Shown here in pieces: positions 29,724 through 39,637 of a DNA stretch of 64,000 nucleotides. Under the pieces are notes generated by a model, which saw nothing but the letters and a program-made list of their open reading frames with translations, was not told where the DNA came from and ran no database searches. The stretch's first letter is position 1; each line of letters starts with the position of its first letter. The DNA is from a virus. The DNA lies in the IMG/VR virus record IMGVR_UViG_3300017917_003852, positions 1 through 64,000 of that record; one strand, written 5' to 3'. Position numbers and translations under genes: made by a program.

Positions 29724-31078
29724 TCTATAATCTCTGGATGTTCTTTGCCGTATAATTTCATCAGGTAGCCGGCTACGGCATCGGCTTCTTGTTCTATAGG
29801 TGATCCCGGATAACTTTGGTCACCATGCACACGACGATCCTCGTGTTGCTTACGATGTGTTAATTCATGTGCCACGGTACGCATTATGTCAATCATGTTT
29901 CTGTTACCAGTGTAAATCCACATGATATCTTCTGCATCGTCATAGTATCCAGTACGATGTTGATCTGGTCCTTCCTTAGCATCCTGGAATCTAATTTGAG
30001 GAAGTTCTTGTTTAATCTTTAATTTTTTTACGCACCAGTGAATAAAGTCACGTAATTGTTCTTCATGATCACGGAATGTGCTTTCTGTTAAATTATCAGC
30101 ACGAGTGAATGTATCTACTATTTTATAATGCTTGGGTCCTACTAATTCAAAGTCATACTTGTCATCGTCATCTATATTAAAAGGACGAAGAAAATGCTTT
30201 GTCTTACGCTTAATTGCTAACGCACCGTTAGGAGTAAATCCTGTTTGCTCGAGGTCTGCACGATAAACTCTACCCATCGCACCAATTACCGCTAAATCAA
30301 CTTTATAACCTTGCTTCAACAATCTATCAGTAATGGTAACAATCTGGCTGATTCCTTCACCATCATCACCATCCCGGTCGTCTAAGAATTCATTAACCTG
30401 TGTTTCCGCCACACCTTGCTCACCGTGACGAATACTACCGTCCTTCATCAACTTTAAGTTGAGATTGTATTGTTTATTGTCGTGCTTGACTTTGTTCATA
30501 CGACCTGCTTTGAAGCCTTTGGCAAAGTATTGTTTATACATTCCATCGTGTTGGGTGTGCCAATAGTTTATCTTCATAGCTCGTTCTAATGTTGCACCAT
30601 CAGCAAGACTTACGCCTTTAGTGAAACCATCCTCTTGTGCCATCTTGGCAATTTCTGGACTAAATCCTTCATCGTCATCATCACCGTTGAGTCCATCTGG
30701 AGCGAATTCGTTTAACTGTGCATTGAAAATTAACTCCGCAAGTCTAAGAGCATTGTCTCTAGTTTTTGGAATAGCTACACCGGCTTTGCGGCCTCTGCCG
30801 AATCCTTGTTCATAATCAAGCAAATGAATATTAACAGTAGGGTATTCACCTTGACGACCAACTACACTGTAAAGCATTGCACCATTGCGAGATTTGTCTT
30901 TTGGTTCAAACTTCACACTAACTTGTTCAGGTTTTTCTCTATCCTGTCTTGTATATCCACGACCTAAATATTGCTCTATAATATCAGCAAATTCAGTTAG
31001 TGGAAAAGAGTCAGGATCGTCTCTGCCACTATCACCGTTGGTGTCTAAAAATTCCCTTAAAAAATCACTTGCTCGCAT
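29720..31078 (-). CDS. tagged multi-module protein with C-terminal HExxH metallopeptidase-like domain
   Basis: MRASDFLREF; VAHELTHRKQ...EQEAD. Confidence 0.65.
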   Translation of the reverse strand: MRASDFLREFLDTNGDSGRDDPDSFPLTEFADIIEQYLGRGYTRQDREKPEQVSVKFEPKDKSRNGAMLYSVVGRQGEYPTVNIHLLDYEQGFGRGRKAGVAIPKTRDNALRLAELIFNAQLNEFAPDGLNGDDDDEGFSPEIAKMAQEDGFTKGVSLADGATLERAMKINYWHTQHDGMYKQYFAKGFKAGRMNKVKHDNKQYNLNLKLMKDGSIRHGEQGVAETQVNEFLDDRDGDDGEGISQIVTITDRLLKQGYKVDLAVIGAMGRVYRADLEQTGFTPNGALAIKRKTKHFLRPFNIDDDDKYDFELVGPKHYKIVDTFTRADNLTESTFRDHEEQLRDFIHWCVKKLKIKQELPQIRFQDAKEGPDQHRTGYYDDAEDIMWIYTGNRNMIDIMRTVAHELTHRKQHEDRRVHGDQSYPGSPIEQEADAVAGYLMKLYGKEHPEIIE

Positions 31079-31955
31079 TTCTTTTTGCCTTTTCTTGGTC
31101 GTCTTGACCTTTTAAGTATTTGTTAAATTGATTTGCTATAAATTCATTTTTTTTACGTTCTGCATCGGTAACTGTATCAGCAGCCATCCTAGCACTACTC
31201 ATTACACCAGATCTAATCGCTGGATCTAGCGCAGCGGTTCTCAATGATTTATCTGTTAAACGATCTAGAATACTAGTAAAGCTTGGTTGTCCTCTTGGTA
31301 TTTTAGTAGGAACCTGGGCGCCAACATTTCCTCCAATGTCAGAAATAGGTCGCGGACTCATTGAGTAACCTCTATTTACAAACTTATTAGACAAATCAGC
31401 ATATTTGCTACTAGCTTGTCTATAAGCAGCCGGTCCGCCAAATTGCTGTATTTCTTTATCTATATTGCTATAGCTAGGAGGTTCCATTCCGTATTCTTTT
31501 CTAAAGGCTTTAGCAGCATGAAACTTTGCTGTTCCTTCTTCGCGACCGATATTTTTAGCAGTTAAAGGATTATATGGATGTGGCTTATTAGCAAGATCGT
31601 ATCCTATATCTTTAATTTTACCAACAGTATCTTTAGCAAGTTCCGGTGCAACTGTAGCTGATTTTGCTGCTGCATCTGCTGCTGTTCTTGTACCTACATT
31701 CCTTGCTAATCCTGTAACACCTTGAACTACTTTTTTACCTAAACCAGCAAAAGGAAATAAAATATCTTCGGGACTGATTAAGGGTGCTTCTAATCCAGGC
31801 TCGATAGGCCAACCTCGTTCATCTCTAGGTAACGTAACATTTTTACCGCGGTTTTCCGCCGATGGCACATACCCTTGTGGCATCCAGTCCTTTTGTAACT
31901 CTTTTCTTGCAGCCTCTACATCGTCGGCTTCATTTATAAATTCATGAGCTCGCAT
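31065..31955 (-). CDS. MRxxEF-tagged hypothetical protein
   Basis: MRAHEFINE start. Confidence 0.65.
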   Translation of the reverse strand: MRAHEFINEADDVEAARKELQKDWMPQGYVPSAENRGKNVTLPRDERGWPIEPGLEAPLISPEDILFPFAGLGKKVVQGVTGLARNVGTRTAADAAAKSATVAPELAKDTVGKIKDIGYDLANKPHPYNPLTAKNIGREEGTAKFHAAKAFRKEYGMEPPSYSNIDKEIQQFGGPAAYRQASSKYADLSNKFVNRGYSMSPRPISDIGGNVGAQVPTKIPRGQPSFTSILDRLTDKSLRTAALDPAIRSGVMSSARMAADTVTDAERKKNEFIANQFNKYLKGQDDQEKAKRNASK

Positions 31956-32595
31956 TGTCTTTATCCTGTGGCCCGGCAATCATCTTGCCGTAGTCTTTAC
32001 TCTGTATATTCTGTGGTTCGTGCTCACGCTGTCCTTTTAATATTTCAAAAGCTCGACGTAATCCACGGGCCACCGTATCTAGGCCATTTTCATCTGCTTG
32101 ATACTTAATACCAATACCTCCCGATTGTTCCCATTCGGTAATTACAGTATTACGATCATCAACTAGTATATTCGGCGTGCCGTCGGCTTGTTTAGCGTAT
32201 TTTCCCTTGCGGGGAGTAATAATAATTTTATTAGGCTGTGGATCTAGGTTTTCAGCAATCCAAGCACGTTTCATTGCTTCGCTGTTTTTGTGATCACCAC
32301 GTAATGGGCTAGAGCAAATATTGTAAGATCCAAATACTTGTACGGCCATTGCTACTAATCTATCAGCTGATGCAAATTTAGGCAGTCTATAGAAGAAATC
32401 TGTACCAACCATTTGTTGTATAACGGGCTCACGCTTTTCTGGTGGAATAGCGTGATAATCGTATCTTCCTTGTGTGTTAGGTGGTACTCCAGCTAATTTT
32501 GCATATTCTGCAAAGAAATCAGCTAATACACCGTCCATATCTAAGAATATTTCTGGACGTCCGTGAGATTGTTGTTCTAGTTCAAATAAGCGCAT
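31942..32595 (-). CDS. HAD-family 5'(3')-deoxyribonucleotidase-like protein
   Basis: FLDMDGVLADF, K..W, ILVDDR; TAAATA upstream. Confidence 0.85.
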   Translation of the reverse strand: MRLFELEQQSHGRPEIFLDMDGVLADFFAEYAKLAGVPPNTQGRYDYHAIPPEKREPVIQQMVGTDFFYRLPKFASADRLVAMAVQVFGSYNICSSPLRGDHKNSEAMKRAWIAENLDPQPNKIIITPRKGKYAKQADGTPNILVDDRNTVITEWEQSGGIGIKYQADENGLDTVARGLRRAFEILKGQREHEPQNIQSKDYGKMIAGPQDKDNASS

Positions 32596-32609
32596 TTTGT
32601 ATTTATTGA

Positions 32610-33467
32610 TTAAAAGAAATGGACTGCTTTTACAAATTGTCTTGTTTCAAGATCTTTTAGTATATCACCTGTGTAATCTAAATCAGCTACTGGTATGCTA
32701 CCTATAGTCTGAGATAAATCCTGCCAACTATATCCTAGTGAATTAAAAAACTCATGATGTTTATTGTAATATACTTTTAGATTTTGCTCTAAACTAACTT
32801 GCTCATCGTTATAAAATTTTACTACAAAATCAGCTGAATAATGACAAAAAGGTTGAAACGCTTCGGGTTGAATATAGGAATCGTTGTCTAACATTAAATC
32901 GTACAATGTTTTACCAATCTCTGCATAGTTAATATACACTGATCCAAATTTAATTTGGGATTCAAAATATTGGTAATCATTGCTATCAAGTACTTCTGTT
33001 TTTGGTAATCCAAAGTAAGTAACTACGTGTCTGGGATGTGCGCCTCGAGCTACACTTTCGCAACGATGTACTAGTAAATTTAGATCGCATAAATGTTTTT
33101 TAAATTCTGAGTTAGGGTCTTTTTTATCTAGTAGTCCATGTTCGATTTCAAATATATGATGTAAGCGATTTAGGGTGTCTTGCTCCGTTGCTGATTCTAA
33201 ACGGTAATCAATTTTAATCCACTGATTTAATTTTACTATTAGATTGTTAATATCGTTTAGAGCTCGGTTGGTTTGTTGTTCTACAGTACCAAATCCGTAA
33301 AATCTAGCAGGATCATCAATTGGATATCCTAGATGTTGTGCTAGCTCAACTCTTTGTATCCATTTTTTAGTAATAGGCGTATTGCGTAATGAATAATCTA
33401 CTACTATTTGATCGCTGTGTTCGTGAGGATTTGCATAGATAATTTGTAATTTTTTATATTTTAACAT
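32610..33467 (-). CDS. hypothetical phage protein
   Basis: 285-aa ORF in operon. Confidence 0.7.
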   Translation of the reverse strand: MLKYKKLQIIYANPHEHSDQIVVDYSLRNTPITKKWIQRVELAQHLGYPIDDPARFYGFGTVEQQTNRALNDINNLIVKLNQWIKIDYRLESATEQDTLNRLHHIFEIEHGLLDKKDPNSEFKKHLCDLNLLVHRCESVARGAHPRHVVTYFGLPKTEVLDSNDYQYFESQIKFGSVYINYAEIGKTLYDLMLDNDSYIQPEAFQPFCHYSADFVVKFYNDEQVSLEQNLKVYYNKHHEFFNSLGYSWQDLSQTIGSIPVADLDYTGDILKDLETRQFVKAVHFF

Positions 33468-33940
33468 TTATTAAAATCTTGATGTCTAAACCAACGACGT
33501 TGCCCAAAGCTAGTTTTTAATGTAAGTCCGTAATATGCAAATTCTTCGCGCCAAGCAAAAAAACTAGGCCCGTGTCCGCCGCTATTTTCTGGCACTCCGT
33601 AATCCCAACGATGTACATCCCATTGATATTGATGTACCATTTCGTGTGCTAGGGTATTCATAAACCATTGCGGGCAAAACCATTTGTTGTTTAATCGTAT
33701 GCGTACCCAACTACCATTCCAAACATGACGTTTTTCCCACTGACAGTAACCCCAACATTTTTGTGTCTGCCCGAGTTCTATTATTGGCCTACGTAGCTGA
33801 TTTTCAAATACATAGCGATTGATTATTTTATACGCATATATTGCGTCATCGTATGTAGGTCTAAATAGTTTTCGTCTTTGATAAGTTAAACTAGGAAGCT
33901 CAGCTTCCATAATTGATCTAATAGGATTGGGTCTTGCCAT
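33461..33940 (-). CDS. SprT-like metalloprotease
   Basis: LAHEMVHQ...HGPSF. Confidence 0.8.
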   Translation of the reverse strand: MARPNPIRSIMEAELPSLTYQRRKLFRPTYDDAIYAYKIINRYVFENQLRRPIIELGQTQKCWGYCQWEKRHVWNGSWVRIRLNNKWFCPQWFMNTLAHEMVHQYQWDVHRWDYGVPENSGGHGPSFFAWREEFAYYGLTLKTSFGQRRWFRHQDFNKC

Positions 33941-33999
33941 AAGAACACCCCCGGACAAAGTATTTAAACTTGTGCGGGGGTGTTTAACAGAAGTTTTAA

Positions 34000-34557
34000 T
34001 TATCGCTTAGTATCCAACTCTTTAAGCAATTTTTCACCTTCAATTTCGTTACTACGAGCTAGTGCTTGACGATCCTTACGATCCTTTAGGGGATTTTCGT
34101 CAATTGGCAATACTATCTTTACATACGTTTGAAAGTATTGTCCATTAGGCACCGTTTCTCTTTTAACAGAAACACCCGTAATATCTACCCGATCGCAAAA
34201 GCTACGAATAGCAGTTTTCATATTTGTAGTAGAATTTTTACCTTCTTGTGTTCGATAAGTTTTACTAACCTTATCAACTTGACCACCGGCGGTATCACAA
34301 ATTTTACCCTTAGCTAGTTCAATCGCTAGGTCCTCAGACGTTTGCATGTCGTCGCTTTGGGCTGTGGCCATTGCACATGCAATAGCAGTCGTTGCAGTAC
34401 AATCTTCTTTGTACCAAGAAGGTTGGCTCTTTACCGCAGTTTTAACTGCTTCGACGTTACGTTCGTGACGTTCTTCAGCCGCTTTAATAGCCGGATCTTT
34501 AGTGCTACTACATGCAGACAACATTACTGCTAGAATTACCGGAATTACCTTATACAT
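34000..34557 (-). CDS. lipoprotein (LPP20-like)
   Basis: lipobox LSAC; PSW...A...A pattern. Confidence 0.7.
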   Translation of the reverse strand: MYKVIPVILAVMLSACSSTKDPAIKAAEERHERNVEAVKTAVKSQPSWYKEDCTATTAIACAMATAQSDDMQTSEDLAIELAKGKICDTAGGQVDKVSKTYRTQEGKNSTTNMKTAIRSFCDRVDITGVSVKRETVPNGQYFQTYVKIVLPIDENPLKDRKDRQALARSNEIEGEKLLKELDTKR

Positions 34558-34568
34558 AATTTACCTCT

Positions 34569-34685
34569 TTATTTAGAAATCGTATTACCCAAACTGGTCA
34601 AGTCCTTGCCAAGACCACCCACAAGTCCGCCAACTGTACCACAGCCAGTGAGACTAACTACTACTGCAAAAATTAAAGCTTTCAT
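34569..34685 (-). CDS. entericidin-like small lipoprotein (38 aa)
   Basis: MKALIFAVVVSLTGCGTVGGLVGGLGKDL. Confidence 0.65.
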   Translation of the reverse strand: MKALIFAVVVSLTGCGTVGGLVGGLGKDLTSLGNTISK

Positions 34686-34712
34686 AATGTACATAGTTTA
34701 TTACCTTTTTGA

Positions 34713-35306
34713 TTATTTGTCAATACGGCTTTGTTCCCATTTTTTCCAAATGGTCCAATTACGCCCAGTCTGACAAACATAACCTTTGTACTGTACAGCT
34801 ACGCCAGACGGACGAATTTCATTTTCAATAAAAATACTACATACCAAATTTTGGTTATCAATTGGATATACATATCTAATCGAACCATCGGCATTTACAT
34901 ATTTTGGATCTATAGTAAGATCACTCAAATTAACTTGTTGGCCCACACGAACGGTAGTTATCTGTTTCTTAGCGGTATCACAAACGGTTTCGACGTTTTG
35001 TTGCACACTTACATCATATTCGGGTGTATTAGATAGTAACCAAGTACTAGCAGCATCTCGAGCTGCCATACAGGATCGAACTGCGGTATTGCCCTCTCCA
35101 TATTTTTCAGCCCAAGTCCAAGTGCGATCAACTAACACACGGAACGAGTATGTGCATCGGAATCGATTTTTATCCACTTGCACATATGACTCACGTTGAT
35201 TGTCAATAGGCAAGCCACCTACGCTAAGAATTTCTTTACGTTGGAAACACTCGCCACTAGCTGCGGTAGCTGTTACTAACAATAAACTGGCAATTAATTT
35301 CTGCAT
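34713..35306 (-). CDS. secreted Cys-containing protein
   Basis: signal peptide ending ASG. Confidence 0.6.
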   Translation of the reverse strand: MQKLIASLLLVTATAASGECFQRKEILSVGGLPIDNQRESYVQVDKNRFRCTYSFRVLVDRTWTWAEKYGEGNTAVRSCMAARDAASTWLLSNTPEYDVSVQQNVETVCDTAKKQITTVRVGQQVNLSDLTIDPKYVNADGSIRYVYPIDNQNLVCSIFIENEIRPSGVAVQYKGYVCQTGRNWTIWKKWEQSRIDK

Positions 35307-35614
35307 GTTTTATATCTATCGTATTCGGCCATGCGTTGCACTGAGCTACGGCGACCTTCGTCTATGTTTCTACGTTCTTGGTAAGTTCCATCATTAACCG
35401 ATGCCAAAAACCCAAACACACTGCGAATCATAAAGAAATTAACAATTTCATCACGCTCGCTCACACGCTGACTTTCTAAAAAATCCTTTTGGCTCTTATC
35501 CGAACAATTAATTTGGTAATGATTAAGATCTTGTGTAGTTATCCTAGACTCTGTGGTCATAACAGAACATCCAGACAAAGACATAACAATTAACGCGATG
35601 GCTTGGAGCCGCAT
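35294..35614 (-). CDS. lipoprotein
   Basis: lipobox LSGC. Confidence 0.65.
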   Translation of the reverse strand: MRLQAIALIVMSLSGCSVMTTESRITTQDLNHYQINCSDKSQKDFLESQRVSERDEIVNFFMIRSVFGFLASVNDGTYQERRNIDEGRRSSVQRMAEYDRYKTCRN

Positions 35615-35859
35615 AATTCGTCCGATTCAAGTAACTTCTGGTTTATAATTCCGTTCTTTTCTCTAGCTACCGGATCCCATTCAAAACTTGCTTCGTCAAT
35701 AAGCGTTAAGGTTTTCCATAGCAAGTTACGTTCCACCCCTTTATTAGTGCAACTAACTTGCCATTTATTTAGAGTAGCATTAGATGCCGGACGCTCAGTG
35801 GGCGGCAACAAGGCGCACCCACTGAGTATAACCGGAATTAAAAGACTGATCCTTTTCAT
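35590..35859 (-). CDS. lipoprotein
   Basis: lipobox LSGC. Confidence 0.65.
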   Translation of the reverse strand: MKRISLLIPVILSGCALLPPTERPASNATLNKWQVSCTNKGVERNLLWKTLTLIDEASFEWDPVAREKNGIINQKLLESDELCGSKPSR

Positions 35860-36022
35860 CTTTTTTTGCTAGGAACTGCGGCAGATTTAAAAGCGGCCAT
35901 TGCTTCAACATCGCTACAGCCAGCATTACGCTGGATATATTTCACCGCGTCACGGGTGTTAAGTTGAAGGATGAAAATTGCCTCGTCGGCGAATTTTTGT
36001 GCTCGGGTCATGCTTGTTTCCT

Positions 36023-36430
36023 TTACCATGAGGAGTTGTAAAAAACTTTAAGTCCAGTAAAAATTTCGGCTCGCGCCTTACGTATAAATTCTAGATCCTG
36101 CTCGCGATAGTAATCATCGCTAGGATCACCAAAAAAGAAACCTGTAGTATGCGGAAGCACACCATTTTTTATATCCGCTTCTAGAGCATCAAGGTCCTCC
36201 CAAGTAAGTTCAAGTTCAATACCATTAAACATTGGATCTGTAGTTGGATCAGTATTTTTACTGCGCCAAAGTTGTTCCATCCAACCATGGAGGTTAGGAT
36301 GTTTGCGCCAATACGCAATTTCTACAGTCGGATCGGCTACATTTTTATTACCTTTTTCGTAATACTCTTCATAATACTCATCTTTAGCATTACGTTTAGC
36401 CGCAGCGTAAGCATACATATCCAAACCCAT
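36023..36430 (-). CDS. hypothetical phage protein (MGLD...YWRKH...YNSSW family)
   Basis: AGGAG RBS; promoter 36459-36487. Confidence 0.75.
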   Translation of the reverse strand: MGLDMYAYAAAKRNAKDEYYEEYYEKGNKNVADPTVEIAYWRKHPNLHGWMEQLWRSKNTDPTTDPMFNGIELELTWEDLDALEADIKNGVLPHTTGFFFGDPSDDYYREQDLEFIRKARAEIFTGLKVFYNSSW

Positions 36431-36859
36431 GATATCTCCTATAAATTACAATAAAACAATTATAGTTAAAAACTGATTTTTGGTCAATCGTTTTTTGGAA
36501 GCTTAACTACAGTTAATTTGTTACTATTGGTTTTAAATTTTGGTTTAGGTTTAGATGGTGTAAATTCTTTGCTTACATAATATTCGCAAAGGCGATGACG
36601 ACACAATGTAGGAATGTCTTCGAAACCGGGTTCAAGGATAAATTGGTAAGGACTACGACCCCACGTGGAGAATTTTAGAAAATTATAGTAGGCCTTACGA
36701 TGTTCTTTAATTGTTGAATCAAATACTGTGGGCGGACGGCAATTTAATAGCAAGTTATTCATTGTCAATTCCTCTATAGATTTAACAAGTGTATATACTA
36801 GCATAAGAAAAAAGCCCTGTCAAGCAGGGCTTTTTAGTGTTGTATTTTTACAACAATGT

Positions 36860-37078
36860 TTATTTTTTAGCAACAGGTTGCTTAGGGAAAAAAGCAGTTG
36901 CTGATTCAGCAACAGTTTTTGCTAAGTCAAAACTGGTGTTATAAACAGTTTTGGTAAAAGTTGCATTTGCATCAACTAGGGTTTCTAGGCTAGCACGTAC
37001 ATCTTCATTTGGAACATGGATCAAAACTGATTTGGTTGTCTTTACTGCGTTATCAACTACTGTATCTACTGTAAACAT
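36860..37078 (-). CDS. phasin-like protein
   Basis: Ala/Thr-rich amphipathic 72-aa protein; AAGGAG RBS; upstream ATGTTGC-GGT-GCAACAT palindrome. Confidence 0.45.
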   Translation of the reverse strand: MFTVDTVVDNAVKTTKSVLIHVPNEDVRASLETLVDANATFTKTVYNTSFDLAKTVAESATAFFPKQPVAKK

Positions 37079-37222
37079 TTGAATCTCCTTAAAAGTAATG
37101 TTCAATGATTATACTATATTTACATGTTGCGGTGCAACATTTAATCTACCCATATAATGATTTTATTTGTCCGTTTTTAATGGCTAAATATTTTACAACA
37201 TATTTCAAGGAGATGTTTAAAA

Positions 37223-37531
37223 ATGGAATTTCTAATTCTTATTATTGCAGTTATTGCTGTACTTGGTTGGTTTATTTGGAAGGATCGGAAATTTGAAGAT
37301 TCCAGTTCTCATCCGTTAGATGGCGCTACCAAAAATGCAGTTGTTGAGACTCTTGACGTTAATAAGGACGGCAAAGTTGATCTTAAAGATGCTGTAGCCG
37401 CTGCTGAAGTAGTAGTTGAAAAAACAAAAAAGACTGCTACCAAAGCCAAGGAAGTTGCTAAGAAAACTGTAGCTAAGGCCAAAGCTAAGGCTCCTGCTAA
37501 GAAGACCACTGCAAAAAAATCAGCTAAATGA
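37223..37531 (+). CDS. membrane-anchored protein with EF-hand-like loop and Lys/Ala-rich tail
   Basis: N-terminal TM; DVNKDGKVDLKD; AKK repeats. Confidence 0.75.
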   Translation: MEFLILIIAVIAVLGWFIWKDRKFEDSSSHPLDGATKNAVVETLDVNKDGKVDLKDAVAAAEVVVEKTKKTATKAKEVAKKTVAKAKAKAPAKKTTAKKSAK

Positions 37532-38652
37532 TAGAAATATTGCCACTGACTAATGTCAGTGTTTATACCGATACTGGCGTTAGTTCGTGGCATTTCTTTC
37601 AACTCAATGACTATAAGTATAGATTTTATTCTAAAGATTTATACAACAACGTCGAAGAATTTTTATCTACTAATACCGATCTAAAACTTGCTGGGTTCCA
37701 TGTGCCATTTCCAGCTAACCGCGATTGGCTTGATCGGTTTGATCGAGTTTATAATCATGTTGCACACACCTTTATATTCTGTTCAGAATTACACGAATCA
37801 ACAGTAAATCAACTAATAGCATTAGATAAACCAAATGTATCTATATACATTTGCGGGCGTATTCGACATCGTTTCCAACATGCCCGTGTGCATCTTTGGA
37901 TGGACTGGTTTATTACTACTAGTCATTTTTATAAAAACATACGCCCGGATCTACTAGGACAAAAATTACATAACAACAATAAAGAAAAATATTTTGATGT
38001 TCTACTAGGTTGTGCTAGAACACATAGAGATTTTGTATATTCTGTAGTCAATGATAAAAACTTAAATGATAAAGTGATAATGAGTTATCACAAATCAGCT
38101 AATCAAGATTTAAAGAATACTTCGTTTGTATTTGAGACTGAGGGATTAGAATTCGAAGAGACTAGAACCTATCAGCACACTATCGATCCTGTGGTGTATT
38201 ATGGTAAAGGTATGTCTTTAAGTCAAGTTATACCAATAACTGTATATAATCAAACTCATTACTCAATAGTAGCAGAAACTAACTTTAGTAATGATTACAA
38301 TTTTTATACCGAAAAAATAGTTAAGCCGATACTTGCTGGAAGACTGTTTATTGCCATTGCTGGGCAAGGATATTTAGAATTCTTACGCGAACTTGGTTTT
38401 CGTACTTTTAGTAATGTAATAGATGAATCATATGATCTTGAGCCCGATAATCTAAAAAGATGGGCTATGGCGATGAATCAGGTTGAACTATTATGTTCTA
38501 TGGATGCCGACAAAGTTGCTGAAGAGATTAAAGAAATAGTTAGCCATAACCAGCAACTTATGTTAAAGACTGACTGGTATGGCCAACTAGCACGTGATTT
38601 TATTCTTGAATTGGATTCATTCTTAGGGCCTGCTCATATAATTGCCGGCTAG
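37528..38652 (+). CDS. glycosyltransferase-like protein (paralogue of 52073..53326)
   Basis: SIVAET...TEKIVKPI...LRELGFRTF..IDESYD. Confidence 0.55.
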   Translation: MIEILPLTNVSVYTDTGVSSWHFFQLNDYKYRFYSKDLYNNVEEFLSTNTDLKLAGFHVPFPANRDWLDRFDRVYNHVAHTFIFCSELHESTVNQLIALDKPNVSIYICGRIRHRFQHARVHLWMDWFITTSHFYKNIRPDLLGQKLHNNNKEKYFDVLLGCARTHRDFVYSVVNDKNLNDKVIMSYHKSANQDLKNTSFVFETEGLEFEETRTYQHTIDPVVYYGKGMSLSQVIPITVYNQTHYSIVAETNFSNDYNFYTEKIVKPILAGRLFIAIAGQGYLEFLRELGFRTFSNVIDESYDLEPDNLKRWAMAMNQVELLCSMDADKVAEEIKEIVSHNQQLMLKTDWYGQLARDFILELDSFLGPAHIIAG

Positions 38653-39637
38653 CCAAATTTTTAGCTTTGCTTTCGCACATAATATCAAATTGATCGCGGA
38701 AGCTGAGTGCCCATTCATTCACAGAAGTATTCCAATAAAAGTTAGAGTGTGCTCTAAGTTTTTGTCTGTTGTGGCCTTCAGTTAGTAATGTTGCAAAATC
38801 AGGCTGTACAAAGTCTGGGTGCCCAACCAAGCAATCTTCGCGACTAACAGAGTAATGCATAGTAGGCCTAACACCACGCCAGCTATCCACCACCATTTGT
38901 ACCCTATCATCGGTGGGCGATATATACTCTCCACCGCTTTTGATCCAATGGTGATGAATGTCCATAACGATAGGCAAGATATCGCTAAGAGTAAGACATT
39001 CGTTGAGTCCATAGCCTATTTCTTCGTTTTCGATGGTAATGGTATTTCTTGCTTCTGGGGATAACCTCGTGTATGCACTGCGGATACCTTGGGGACCGAG
39101 CTTACCCGCGATGTGGACGTTGATCTTAAAGTCCTGGAAGGATCGGCCATAGCCCATCCAAGCGGCCATTGTAGCATGATATTCAAACTCCTCTATACTT
39201 TTATTTACAACGTCAGGGCGATCACTCGCCAAGACAGTAAACTGACCGGGATGGAAGCTAAGACGAGTCCCACTGTCCATAGCCAATCGTCCCACTTCAT
39301 TGAAGTGCGTTTCACAATACCGTCGTACATCTGCTTGCTGCCAATAATAAGACCAACTAGGCTCAGTATAGCAAGGCAATATATCGCTGCTAAGACGCAC
39401 CATTCTAAGATCTGGCTCAAGATTTCCTACCCTTTCTACAAGCTTACGAGTTGCTTCAATATTCTGGACCATGAGGTCCCATAGTTTTTGTTCGGCCACA
39501 TCACGCTTTTGCCTGTTGAGCCATGCAACAGTAGTGGCGCCAGTGTTGTATTTTTTCGCATCGTCCTTTGGTCCAATGCCATCAACTTGAGTTTCATTGT
39601 CGATCCATTTGCATGCAAAACCAATTCGTTTAATCAT
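38600..39637 (-). CDS. uvsE: UV damage endonuclease
   Basis: RIGFACK, RLSSD, RLSFHPGQF, ENEE, DIHHH, AHS, MCESKAK. Confidence 0.92.
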   Translation of the reverse strand: MIKRIGFACKWIDNETQVDGIGPKDDAKKYNTGATTVAWLNRQKRDVAEQKLWDLMVQNIEATRKLVERVGNLEPDLRMVRLSSDILPCYTEPSWSYYWQQADVRRYCETHFNEVGRLAMDSGTRLSFHPGQFTVLASDRPDVVNKSIEEFEYHATMAAWMGYGRSFQDFKINVHIAGKLGPQGIRSAYTRLSPEARNTITIENEEIGYGLNECLTLSDILPIVMDIHHHWIKSGGEYISPTDDRVQMVVDSWRGVRPTMHYSVSREDCLVGHPDFVQPDFATLLTEGHNRQKLRAHSNFYWNTSVNEWALSFRDQFDIMCESKAKNLASRQLYEQALRMNPIQE

